Assembly: GCF_023055435.1 (NCBI RefSeq)
Contig: NW_025964361.1
Span: 2,728,001-2,792,000, forward strand
Length of the DNA stretch: 64,000 bases
From: Haliotis rufescens
Taxonomy: Eukaryota
Direction of reading: 5' to 3'
Shown here: positions 39,101 through 49,899 of the stretch, piece by piece
How the letters are laid out: each line of letters opens with the position of its first letter
Numbering within the stretch: the first letter of the stretch is position 1
The notes under the pieces: model-generated
What the model was told of the DNA's origin: nothing
Database searches by the model: none
The model's input: only the letters and a program-made list of their open reading frames with translations
Position numbers and translations under genes: made by a program

Positions 39101-42100
39101 GACAGGGGGCACGGGTGGCCCAGTCGTCTAAGGCACCGCGATTCGCTGTGCAGAGTTGCGTCCCTTGGGCACGCCAGAAACCTATGATTGTGGGTTCGAA
39201 TCCTGGTTCGCTCCTATTATGTTTCTGGGTTTGTCAGCACCATACCTGTGCTCGTGGGTTTCACAGAAGTGGTAAACATCTGAGACCTGCATCACTTCAG
39301 GCTTTGCTCCCACATTAAGCTGACACACCGCGATATAACTGGAGTACTGTTAAAAGTGGCATTAAACCCTTCACTCACTCTAATTGTGACATGATGTAAA
39401 GCAACATTTCACTGTCAGTGACCATACAGAATAAAAAACATGACTTCTCTATTGACAAGGAACTAATGAGAGATTGACATTACTGCCAAGCACTTTCCAG
39501 AGTAATACTAAAGTGCTTCATCACTCTGCTTTCAGAAACAACAGATATGTTCTGTGGTTACATTGGTCAAGATTCATGAATGTCAGGGGTTCTTATCTTC
39601 TTTGTCACAACCCTAATGTCAAAACTTAAACATTTAAGGGGTTCCTATTTTAAATAACTATAGCAGAAAACCTCAAGGGCTCTGGAAAGCCCTAAATATC
39701 AAACACAGATTTACAATTGTTGTTTTTACAGCGTTAGAAATTGGCACTGGTCCTATAGTCCTTGCCAAACTGCCAAATAGTTAAGGTATCAGAAGGACTA
39801 GTAAAAATTTGCCCTTTTCGGGGGGATGTTATCATCATAAGGACAAGTGGACTAAAATTGTTAACTTCTACTGCTGTACTAAGATCCACCAACCTACCTG
39901 CCACTCGCCAGCAGATCAAACTGGTCCATTTTCCAGCCAAACTGAAACACATGCATCAACACACTTCATGTTTCCCACTGAGTTTCATCCCTGGAGAAAT
40001 GAAGCCAGCAGTAGTATGTAACCTTAACACATACCACAATTACATATCCTGAAACAGACATTCTACTCCTTAAGAAGTAAAGAATCATTAACTTATCAAC
40101 AGAATGTTATCTTTATACTAATCACACGGCACAAAGACACATGCAAGAACATCATTCTTAAAGCTGAAAGTATTTAGGTAAACACTTTCAGTGAGTGAGT
40201 TGGGGTCATGGCTTCTTTGGACAGTGATGTCAGGGCATGTCAGCCTGGTGGGGGAAGAAACCCAAAATGATGTAGGTCATAGACGCTTATCATGTTGATG
40301 AAACCCACAGACACAGGTGTGGTGCTGATCAATCAAGAATCATCATCATTGCACATCTGGGATTAAAACCTTGTTCACAGGATGCTGGTTCAACTAAGGG
40401 AGACAATTATGCACAGCAAACTGTTGCACCTTACACAACGTGGCCATCCATGCCAGCTGTAAGTAATAGGCATATTAACAATGTGTGCAGTGTCATACAA
40501 TCATTGCACATCTGGGATTCAAACCTTGTTCACAGGATGCTGGTTCAACTAAGGGAGACAACTATGCACAGCAAACTGTTGCACCTTACACAATGTGGCC
40601 ATCCATGCCAGCTGTAAGTAATAGGTATGTTAACAATGTGTGCAGTGTCATACCGTATGTACAAGAGGACCTAGCACCAAAGCACTGTCAGTACATCTGC
40701 CAGTGATGACCACATCAGCTCCAAGGTTAAGTGCACGAGCAATGGGGCCACTTCTACAAATAAAGAAAGCACTGTATTCAACGGGAATACTAGAATTTTG
40801 TTGGTGTTACTTCTGTTGTCTACCAAAATGTATGTGTTTACAAAACAATTATCAATGTGTTTACAAAATCATCAAAGATTCAACACATATGTGACACAGC
40901 CAGCAGCTCTTGTAGTAGACTATATATACTGTATGTATATATATAGCTCTCAATGTCTTCAACAGATTTGCAAAGATTCAATTAATGTATGATTCGGGAA
41001 GAGTAACTCTTAGTCTCTGAAATGAACCATAATAAGACAGTTGGTAATTTTCTTAATTAAATATAACAAGAGTCATTTGAAAATGACAAATCCCCCCAGC
41101 CCCCACAAATTCGAAAGAACAAATCATCTGGTTACAAGTCCGACAAGAGTGATCTGTCCAACTTGATGAGAGTATTCCTATCTATTCTGTCTGTCCATAT
41201 ACAAGAGTACTTTTGGAGCAAACAATAGCATGGGATTGGGATACGGAACTTTGTATTTGTATGTCAGGTCCTGTTCTGCAAAGGTAGGAGTCAGTTGATG
41301 TGACACAATTGATACATGGCTGATGCTGTAACCTGTTACATTACCAGCCGTAGTTATCAATAATCACTGAAGCTAACCTTTCACATTAAACGTGAATCTT
41401 CTATATAGCAGCTTCATACAAACATGAAAACAGACAAAATATAACATCTTAAAATCTCAAAATAGCAAAAGGAACCAGTTGACAACCTGATCTCTGTGTG
41501 TGCAATGTTTCATGAAAGAATACCCAATAGTTTTAGAGATATGGTCTGGACAAAAAATGATTAGAGGCAGAGAGACGGACGGGTGGACAGACAAGCTGAT
41601 TACTATGTCATCGACCAATATATCCCATCTCCCCCCCCCCCCCCCGCCATTCTGAATGCATTCTGAATGCATTTTACAAGTATAATAGACACAATTATAG
41701 GTCATTATGCATAATGATAGAGAAATTGTATATCAACAATAACATGGTTTAAGTCAGAGAAGTCTGTTCAAGAATTAGAATGACCAGATTCTCAAGATTT
41801 CTCCATTACAGATAAGACACTGCTAAGAACCACAATACACTAACCCTAGATAAGCATTCATACTGTGGACAGTCTTAGGCAGTTCCATTCCAGAGTCCAT
41901 TTCCGTGATTCCCAGTTTCTGTAACTCTGGTAGCTGAAATAGCATGATATGATGCTGATAATTTGACATTCATTCAACATAGAGAAATGAGAATGTATGT
42001 AACAATTGATCACATTCCCAATAACATATATCACAAAGAACATTTCACAGATTAAACAATGTCCCCTTGGCAAACAAATTTGGAAAAACAATTTTGTTCA

Positions 42101-45100
42101 ATATAGGAATTTTCTAAAAATTCCATATTTTTATAAATTCAGGTATTAATATTTCATTTAATGCAAAACATGAAAGTGTCTTGTTGTTTTGGGTCCTGTT
42201 ATCAGTGAATTGCAAGTCAACACAGCAAAGCAATGACATTAGTTATATATAACATATATAAATGACAACATGGTTTGCAAATGGTTAATTCCAGTTTGGA
42301 TATTTTTTACTGACATTTGCTTCATACTTAGGGATGAATATTTGTGTAATGAGACAAAACAGTATTTTTTAACTAGTTTCCACACATACCATCAACCTTA
42401 TATTTGTGAGGTTCGTATAATACTGCAAGCCATCATTGTGAGTCAAAGTTATTCTACTTCACATTCAGGGCTTACCCGATGCGAGTGTGTGATGAATTGG
42501 ACAATAAAAAGTCTAGCTGTGCATTAACTGTTTCAAGTAAAACCACAAGTATTTCTTTTATTTCAGCACATTATTTTTGTTTGTTTATTGATTAATGCCA
42601 CACTCAGCAATATTCCAGCTATACAATGGCAGTCTGTAAATTATTGAGTCTGGACCAGACAATCCAGTGATTGACATCACAAGCATCGATCCACGCAATT
42701 GGGATACGATGATATGCATCATCCAAGTCAGAGAGTTGGGGACTAATAGTTGGGTTTTTTTCCGAGCTGGCGCTTGGAGTCTGGGTCTTATGTTATTTTT
42801 AAGTATTCTTTGGATTGGTGGGTTATCAACCTTGGAGGCCTAAAAATTTATTGTAAGTTGTTCTCGGCATTGATCCAGAGGGATTTCACCTGTTAAAGCT
42901 TGCAGTGTTGTACGCAGTGTGCCCTGTTATGTGTGTGTGATTAACCTTAGTGCTTGCTATTGGATGGAGTTTAGTTTATTGTTTAATTTTGAGTTTAGAG
43001 TGTTGTAGATTTGACATCCATAGCCTATTTTGGATCTAATGAGTGATTTGTATAATGATACAAGGGTATCTTTGGAGGCTCCCCAATTGGCGCCAGTCAA
43101 GCCATGTAATGTGTTTAGGTCTCTAGGTCATCTATTTATTAGGTTTTTAATGTGAGCATCCCAGGTGAGGTGTTCATCAAAGATAAATGCCAGAAATTTA
43201 GTTTCATTTTGGAAGTTTATGGAACTATTGTTTAGTTCTAGTTTGGGGGTTGTTGCATGCATATTTCTGTGTTTGAATACTGTCCCTGTATTTTTCAGTG
43301 TTTAGGGAGAAGTCCCCCTTATTTCCCTTAGTTTGAATTTTGTTTAATGCATTCTGCACTAATTTTTGGGCCATGTTTTGCCAATGAATTTAATTATTTA
43401 TAAGAAATTAATCTTTGCAAATGATGTTGATAATTTAAAAGTTATTGACAGGCAAAACGACATAATGAACGCTAGCAGCCAATTGAAATTTCACGAGTTT
43501 GTAAATACTACATGGTGTATAATTGTTAAGTCAACCCTGCAATCGAACATATCTACTTATACAGAGTTCTGCTTAAGGTCATTCCAACCTTTTCATTAGA
43601 AACAACATGCGTAGTAAACATCCCAATATACTTGCTTAACATGTTATCATTGCAATTAGCAATCAATGTCGACGAGGGTTGACATGTGTGTGTGTTCATA
43701 AGCTGATCACTTTGCAGCCATTGAGTAACAATAAATCACCGAATTGTTCAAACAATTTCCTGTCAGGATAAACAACCTCATTATCTCTGTAACAACATTC
43801 AGTTTATCTACTAAGCAAGGATTTATCTCGGCATTCTCTGAGTATAATGTTTTCCCCAAGTCTACACCAAATCACAAATTTGAAAGAAAAATCGGGAAAT
43901 TCTCCACAACAGTGAATATCTGAAATCAACTGATGGTATAAATTTGGATTCAGATGGAACCAAAAGTATCTCATTATCTGCTGGGCTAGGGTATATTGAC
44001 AAAAGTTGATATTGATATTTTAACATCCTCCATAATGTATTTGTCATATCTGACAGTGGTAGAAACTAACATGTTTAGTCCACTAGTCCTTACAATAATA
44101 ACATATAGCAAAACCCTTCAAAATGGCAAATTTCTACTCATCCTTATAATACCATATCACAACTATTGGGCAGTTTGGCAAGGACTACGAGACTAGTGCC
44201 TATTTCTAATACTGTCTGATGAGCCTGAGACATATATCAACAGTCTTCATCATACTGTGGATAAATTACCTGTGACATGAGATCGTCCCCGTCCACGACA
44301 GCGATGTTGAGCGAGATGTCTTCCTTGCTACACACTTCCTGTAATGCTGCAGCACATCCATGTGGGTTAACTCCCCCTGCATTGCTGATTATCTTAATGC
44401 CTGGAGAAAAAGTTAAAAAATAATATATAACACCTAAAAATGTACACCATTACAAAAAAAAAGTGTTGCCTAAGGAGTGCTTGTTGTTTTTAATGCCACA
44501 TAGCAATATTCAAGCTATACAACTCTTCAAAATCAAGTCTAAACCAGTGACTGATATTATGAGCAATACAATCAACCAAATCACAGCCTGACCATTCAAT
44601 CATTTAGTTGCCCCCACAAGACAACCAATAAAGTAAAAGCAGTAATCACAGAAATAAAGGATGCCGATAAAGTATAGCAGCAGAAAAGACAACATGGTGT
44701 GCAATATATATTCTTAGGTTAAATTATAAATATATTAACTTGGTCTCGTCGCTATGTGGCTGAAATTATGCTGATTCGACATTAAATTTTAACTCACTCA
44801 CTCTTAGGTCTTCTCTTCAAGTTCACAATACAACCAATACAAATTCATATCTGTATGATATCTGGGATATTTGATTTTTTTCAACATTTCTCTCACATAT
44901 TCAACTGATCATGTCATTCTTGAGCATAATGTACTGCAAAGCTTGAAATGGTAATCTCCAAAGTTTTTTCATCTTACCTTTTCTCTTAATGTCTTTAATG
45001 AAAGGTGCCATGGATACTTGAACAAAGTCGGGTGCGTAGCCAAGATTCTGTGAAGAGACAAAAACTTTACAACCACCTTATTTATAATTGCTGTCTCCTA

Positions 45101-46651
45101 TAGTAATAATGGTAGTCCACAAAAGTGTTAGCAAGGTTTGACTTAAAAAGTGGGGGTCCTGGGGACAAGCTATAACAAGAATGAGGGTACATAATGGCAG
45201 CATGAGGTCCTGTAGAAAAAGAAATGGTGCAGCGCACTGTACGTTTTGATAATTACTTTAGAGCCTGGAATGAATTAATGATCCAGTGGACAGTGGTTCT
45301 GATTGATGGATGAAATGACAGACACCCACAAGATGCGCTATAGGTACATTGGATATTATTGTGCGTCCCTCGGGACACAGTATAACCTTTTTTCCGATTC
45401 CATTCTCAACATATGTTGGTACTGGATGCACATTTGTGAATCGCGTAAAACCCTTGTGTTTGTATCCCTTCCTGAATTTTACAACTCTTGGACTAGCGGT
45501 CTTATTTGACGTTTGAATCCTGATTTCACGTACCGGTGCCTTCCTCCTTGCTGCTGTGAGGAGTGACATTGTGATTTCAGATAGGTAGTCAAACACGATG
45601 AAATCCACCTTCGATCCATAGATAAGTTGGGGCGCTGTATGTAGAGAATAACAATTACTGCAGTGGCTGAAGCTCTCCTGGTAACTACACTACACAAACA
45701 CCCAGCCACGACCAATTCATTACAAGCATAAAATTCCACGAATGCCCAGCTTGTGCTATAACAAACTTGATACATAGTAATCAACTGTATGGATAGCATG
45801 TATATGTTTTACATATATGAGATAAAATTCAAATCTAGTCATATCTAGTAGACATTTGACACTACAAACACTTTTAAATATGTATTAAACCAAAATAAAG
45901 TTTAGCAGCTAAATATATATTTATATTTGGCACAAAGTTGTTCAGATCACTTGGATGAGATAAAACAGTAACATATATATGCATTAACTTACAAGAAGAC
46001 TTTTTTCTCTAAATAGGAGGTTTGCAGTGTCCAGAGACGACAAAGCATTTGATTAATTACAATTTGTAGCATCTAAAACTAGTTTGTATGACTTTGAAGT
46101 TGATGTTTCAGATGGAGTGAATAAAAATATTTCAAAATATTTTATTTTCTGATTGTGGCTTATGCCTCTAGTTGAATCCTTGGACTGAAAAATATACCAA
46201 AAAGTGTTGCCTTATATTTTGAAAAAAATTCTAAATAACACCCAGCTCAAAGGGAGATAACTCTAATTGATTTATAGCCTGTCACCTGACATTTGTCGGC
46301 ATATTATGCTTTATTTATAATAACATTTAATCATATTTGATTATTTGGATCTTTTCATATGAAAATTAATTTCATTCAAGACCAAGTGACATGGGATCGA
46401 CTAAGATCATTTATTAATGTTTTCGGGTATATTGTTGTTGGTATTCTGAACTTTGGTCTGTCGTCTGTCATACCGGCTACTGCCGTATCTCCCCAAAATC
46501 CACTGGCGCATCCTATTTTGACACTTTTGCCTTTCACAAGATGGCTGTAATAACGCATAGATGTGTTGCCATCCCTTGACAAATGCGTGTGCGCTCTTGC
46601 TAACAGCCTTCGCACACTGCAGATCCTGTGACACAAACTGGACGCCGCCAT
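28677..46651 (-). CDS. AtuA-like (acyclic terpene utilisation / DUF1446 family) protein, ~651 aa, 17 exons, with putative mitochondrial presequence
   Basis: Phase-consistent exons 46474-46651, 45534-45634, 44978-45047, 44270-44400, 41845-41933, 40654-40753, 39898-39941, 38166-38243, 36049-36301, 35154-35260, 34328-34433, 32594-32693, 32346-32385, 32019-32070, 30788-30989, 30121-30247, 28677-28854 (1956 nt, TGA). Motifs [95 protein letters not shown]. Confidence 0.92.
29605..29704 (-). mobile_element. SINE family A, partial
   Basis: Head and middle part match the consensus. Confidence 0.7.
30044..30110. repeat. (CA)n microsatellite
   Basis: Direct reading. Confidence 0.95.
31294..31800. mobile_element. 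MITE with 9-bp TSD, copy 3 (opposite orientation, ~85-bp TIRs)
   Basis: Internal sequence is the reverse complement of 20619-21058; TSD tatacatat/tatatatat. Confidence 0.85.
32790..32962 (-). mobile_element. tRNA-derived SINE-like element
   Basis: Minus strand GGTGGCTGAGTGGGTTAG..GTGGGTTCGAATCCCGG (A and B boxes) without a closable cloverleaf. Confidence 0.5.
33216..34324. mobile_element. Non-autonomous pogo/Tigger-like (Tc1/mariner superfamily) element
   Basis: TA|cagtcaaaccc..atctc at the left end and gagataaccaggtttgattg|TA at the right end (TA TSD); contains the nested SINE B. Confidence 0.7.
33671..33950 (-). mobile_element. SINE family B, nested in a pogo/Tigger-like element
   Basis: Full copy, 12-bp TSD ttttatttggta. 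Confidence 0.85.
34696..34975 (+). mobile_element. Retroposon family C (no tRNA head, structured 5' end, (CAAA)n tail)
   Basis: 15-bp TSD attaactaacatgag (34681-34695 / 34976-34990). Related copies at ~4389-4615, 26652-26910, 52503-52745, 62940-63177; partial copies at 29745-29890, 30565-30755 and 42578-42735 (-). Confidence 0.85.
35487..36056. repeat. 22-bp minisatellite derived from the AtuA-like exon 9 / intron 9 junction
   Basis: Unit ctcacctggagctcccctgtga; on the gene (minus) strand it reads CCAG|GTGAGTCACAGGGGAGCT. Confidence 0.95.
37391..37552 (-). mobile_element. SINE family A, near-consensus copy
   Basis: Perfect 12-bp TSD tacacctgaata (37379-37390 / 37553-37564). Confidence 0.9.
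38316..38731. repeat. 24-bp minisatellite (~17 units)
   Basis: Unit taaacactttgcgaatatgcagt(a/g). Confidence 0.95.
38904..39015. mobile_element. Short Tc1-like MITE
   Basis: ctcaaaagaagttaaggacc / ggtccttaacttcttttgag TIRs with TA ends. Confidence 0.6.
39105..39378 (+). mobile_element. SINE family B (tRNA-Leu/Ser-like head with long A-B box spacing, V-domain-like body)
   Basis: GGTGGCCCAGTCGTCTAAGGC..GTGGGTTCGAATCC; 13-bp TSD tctaattgtgaca. Confidence 0.85.
40345..40653. repeat. ~155-bp direct tandem duplication at the start of AtuA-like intron 6
   Basis: 40345-40498 versus 40500-40653, near-identical. Confidence 0.9.
42737..43375 (-). mobile_element. Decayed LINE ORF2 fragment (I/Nimb/Jockey-group, RT C-terminal region)
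   Basis: Minus-strand remnants [64 protein letters not shown], with stops and frameshifts. Confidence 0.7.
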
Positions 46652-49600
46652 CTTATAATAAATATTGGAAAATGTGATACTTTCGTACTCACTAATTATT
46701 TAATCAATCTTTGAATAGGTCTGTTCATGTTTAGCAAGTAGTGATCAAGGAAACTTTTACTTGCATACAAACAGAAAAACGAATCAATAAAATGGTATGT
46801 GCTTGATATATAACGAATTTTATACTTTGAATCACAAGCAGTTATGGTAGGGTAATGTCGTGAATTTCAATTTTAAACAAAACTCCCAAAATGTATTGCA
46901 CATGTTGACACAAGAGCCGCCTTTCAAACAAAAACATAATTTTTGTAAACACGGCCAATAAAAACATATTTCACTTGAGAGTCTAATGGCATGTATGTCA
47001 TGATTATTTGAAAAGACAGAGCTTCTTGTTGGTACACATGACAATGAGTAGTATTATGGATAACAACTTATTTACAATAGCTACACTTCTTGATGTATGT
47101 GTGCATATAACGCTTGATAGGGATTAGTAGCTGCAGAAACCAATATCCTTCTTAATTGGCAGATCGATAGGTGATAGACGACGGTCTTCAACCCATTGAC
47201 CTGTTAATTAAAGTGCTTAATTAGTGCGCTTTCATTAACTTGTTCATCTAGACTACGTACCGTGCCCAAGGAGACGGGAAGGTGAAACTGTTTGAGCTGT
47301 CTCTCCCCGTGACACGCTGACAACCTGAAGGCAATAAATACATATTTATATTTTACTTTATAAGGAAACAAAAGAAGTGACATTATGGCAAATGGTAGTC
47401 AAAACATAAGAAGTATTCATAGTTATTAAAGGAAGTAAAAAGGACGTTTCATTTTGTTTCCTTGTAAAAGAAAGTGTTTTCAAGAATACAATTTTAATAA
47501 TACTTAGAATCGAAAGTTTTTCTCTTCTTTATTCCAATGTTTAACTAATGTTCACTAATATTCTGTGTTGTATTTCATAAACAGGATCGAACAATAACAA
47601 TTTTTTGAGGTGTAGAGTACATACAATCTGACATGTATATTTGATTTAGTTGACCAAAATATACAATTAAATGGAAATATGTTTAACCTCATTATAACAT
47701 TTCTACAGTTTCGCATCTTATAGATGCGAAACTGTAGAAAACAGATGCGGCTTTTCAAAGTGAAATCAAAAGCGTTTTCTTGTAAAGACTGTGTTTGGGT
47801 GTGACAAACATGGGTTTTATTTCTCATTCTAAACAATATATTCAGTTTAAGCATATAGAAATACAATACCCTGCATCTTTTGAACTAAGCACAATAGCTA
47901 GCGCACACAGGTGTTTCATACCAGCGTATGTGTTGAATAGTTCTGTTAGCAGAGTCCATATGTGCAGAAAAAACACCTCTCATATCTCCATTAACATTTA
48001 TTTAGGTGTGTACCACGACAGATCAAGTAATTGCTCTTCCGAATCTCATTTTTTTCTAATCCAACATTGTCTTGTCTTAGCAAAGCTGATACATCTTAAG
48101 AAACCACTTGATGATAAATTAAAATATTCAAAGAGGAGATATGTTTCAGCTTTCGAAACAATACAAATTGACAACTTTTAAATCGACCCATATTCCGATT
48201 TTACGGGGGGGAATTAACAAATAAATTATTAATATTTATTTGCTGTCAGAAATTGCTAAATGCATTTTGAAAGGTATACTTACGGTTGTAGAAAAACAAC
48301 TTGACACATCGTCGGGGACGTAATATTATTTGAAATTCTGCATCAGTAGAAAGTCTCATCTTACTTTGATTTTTAAAAACTTGAGCATACATACACATTC
48401 GCAAAGTCTATATAACGTTTGGTGTCACAACTACACTTTGCCACGACTACTACAACATTATCTGCAACATCGCATAAGTAATCACATCCTGTTTGCCTGC
48501 GTGTATCTGTAGCCATATGGATCCGTTATGATGTTATGATATCACTCTTGTCCTGCACACGGCTGACTCGGTCTCATAACACTGGGACGATCTTTATCAT
48601 AAATATTTGCAACTTGATTTTATAACATAGAAAGAAATGTGCCTTTAGTTAAATTTATTATCATAAAATCGATTTTGATTCACGCAGCAAACATATATAT
48701 TCGAACACAAAGGTTACATATTTAGATAAAAGAGTCGTTTTTTCTTTCATTCTGTATGTAATAATTATTCTGTCAAAATCGTAACGGTTATCGTTTATGT
48801 TGGTTTTGAGGATGCTGTTATTATTTAACATACATGTGATCATGAATTGCACTTACCATACCCGTACACAGACATATGAACAATAGTTCAGCTCGATACA
48901 AAGTCAGAAATATCTGTTACTATTCACAACATCATCAACACTTGACATTTTCATGATTACATGTTTCTTCAACTAGTTTTGACCGCGACATTTTCCTTTT
49001 ACAAATATGTATAAAACTAATATATACAAATGCCAAGTGACACGATTATGGGAAACGTTATCTGACTCAGATAAATATTAATCACTGAAAGATGATCCAT
49101 TACTTATTTTCCAAATATGTATTTATTCATAACTATATCACTACCTGTTACAATGGAAGTACAAATTTGCAGAAATAACGAAAGAGGTATATGTTTTTTC
49201 TTCATCTTAAAAGCAAACATTTGAGCCCGTGATTAACGTTCAATGCATATGAAGGAATAGTGTCGTTAATAAACGGATGCCTATGAGAAAATGTTGACAA
49301 CAACACGTTAACTTGTTGCTTATAATGTGGATGTATTTGAGCCCGAGGGGAGATCAGACGTCTGAATGGTGGTAGAAAGAGCCCAAGGGGTTGATCACTC
49401 TCCAGGTGGTACTTTATTATGTACAATTAAACTTGAACTGTATTGTTCTATGGTCAGTTCGTCGATGTGTTTTACGCATGGTCTTGTTTTTAAAAATAAA
49501 AAAAAAACATCTTCGCGTGACATATACCATTCAGCAATATGGGGGTGGAAATATATGCAGAAGAAACACAAACCTTGTGAAAATAAATCGTATATCACAC

Positions 49601-49698
49601 TTTGCATAGTTTTCTTGGCGCATTTGCAAAGGCTCATTAACATTGATAGAGACACAATAGTTGTAAAGATAATAGTTCTTAATACGTCGACGATCGTC

Positions 49699-49720
49699 TG
49701 CGCATGCGCGGTCACATGAC
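49699..49720. promoter_or_regulatory. Adjacent NRF1-like (TGCGCATGCGCG) and E-box/M-box-like (GTCACATGAC) motifs upstream of the JIP gene
   Basis: About 190 bp upstream of the JIP ATG, in a locally CpG-rich patch; motif match only. Confidence 0.5.
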
Positions 49721-49899
49721 CGACAAATTTTGCTTCTGCAATATGGAGGATGGTGTACGTCAATAATTATGAGGGGATGAAGAGACAACCCTTTATTTTG
49801 CACAGGCCCTCGTGGGGTGTAGACTAACCCAATCTTTTTGATAGGAACGTTGTTGATCTTTCCATTTGACCCAGTCTTATCATCTGATCATTCGTCAAA

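Noticed and set aside
28677-46651. Bacterial contamination or recent horizontal transfer of atuA
   Set aside because: 16 spliceosomal introns full of host repeats and a targeting presequence; any transfer must be ancient.
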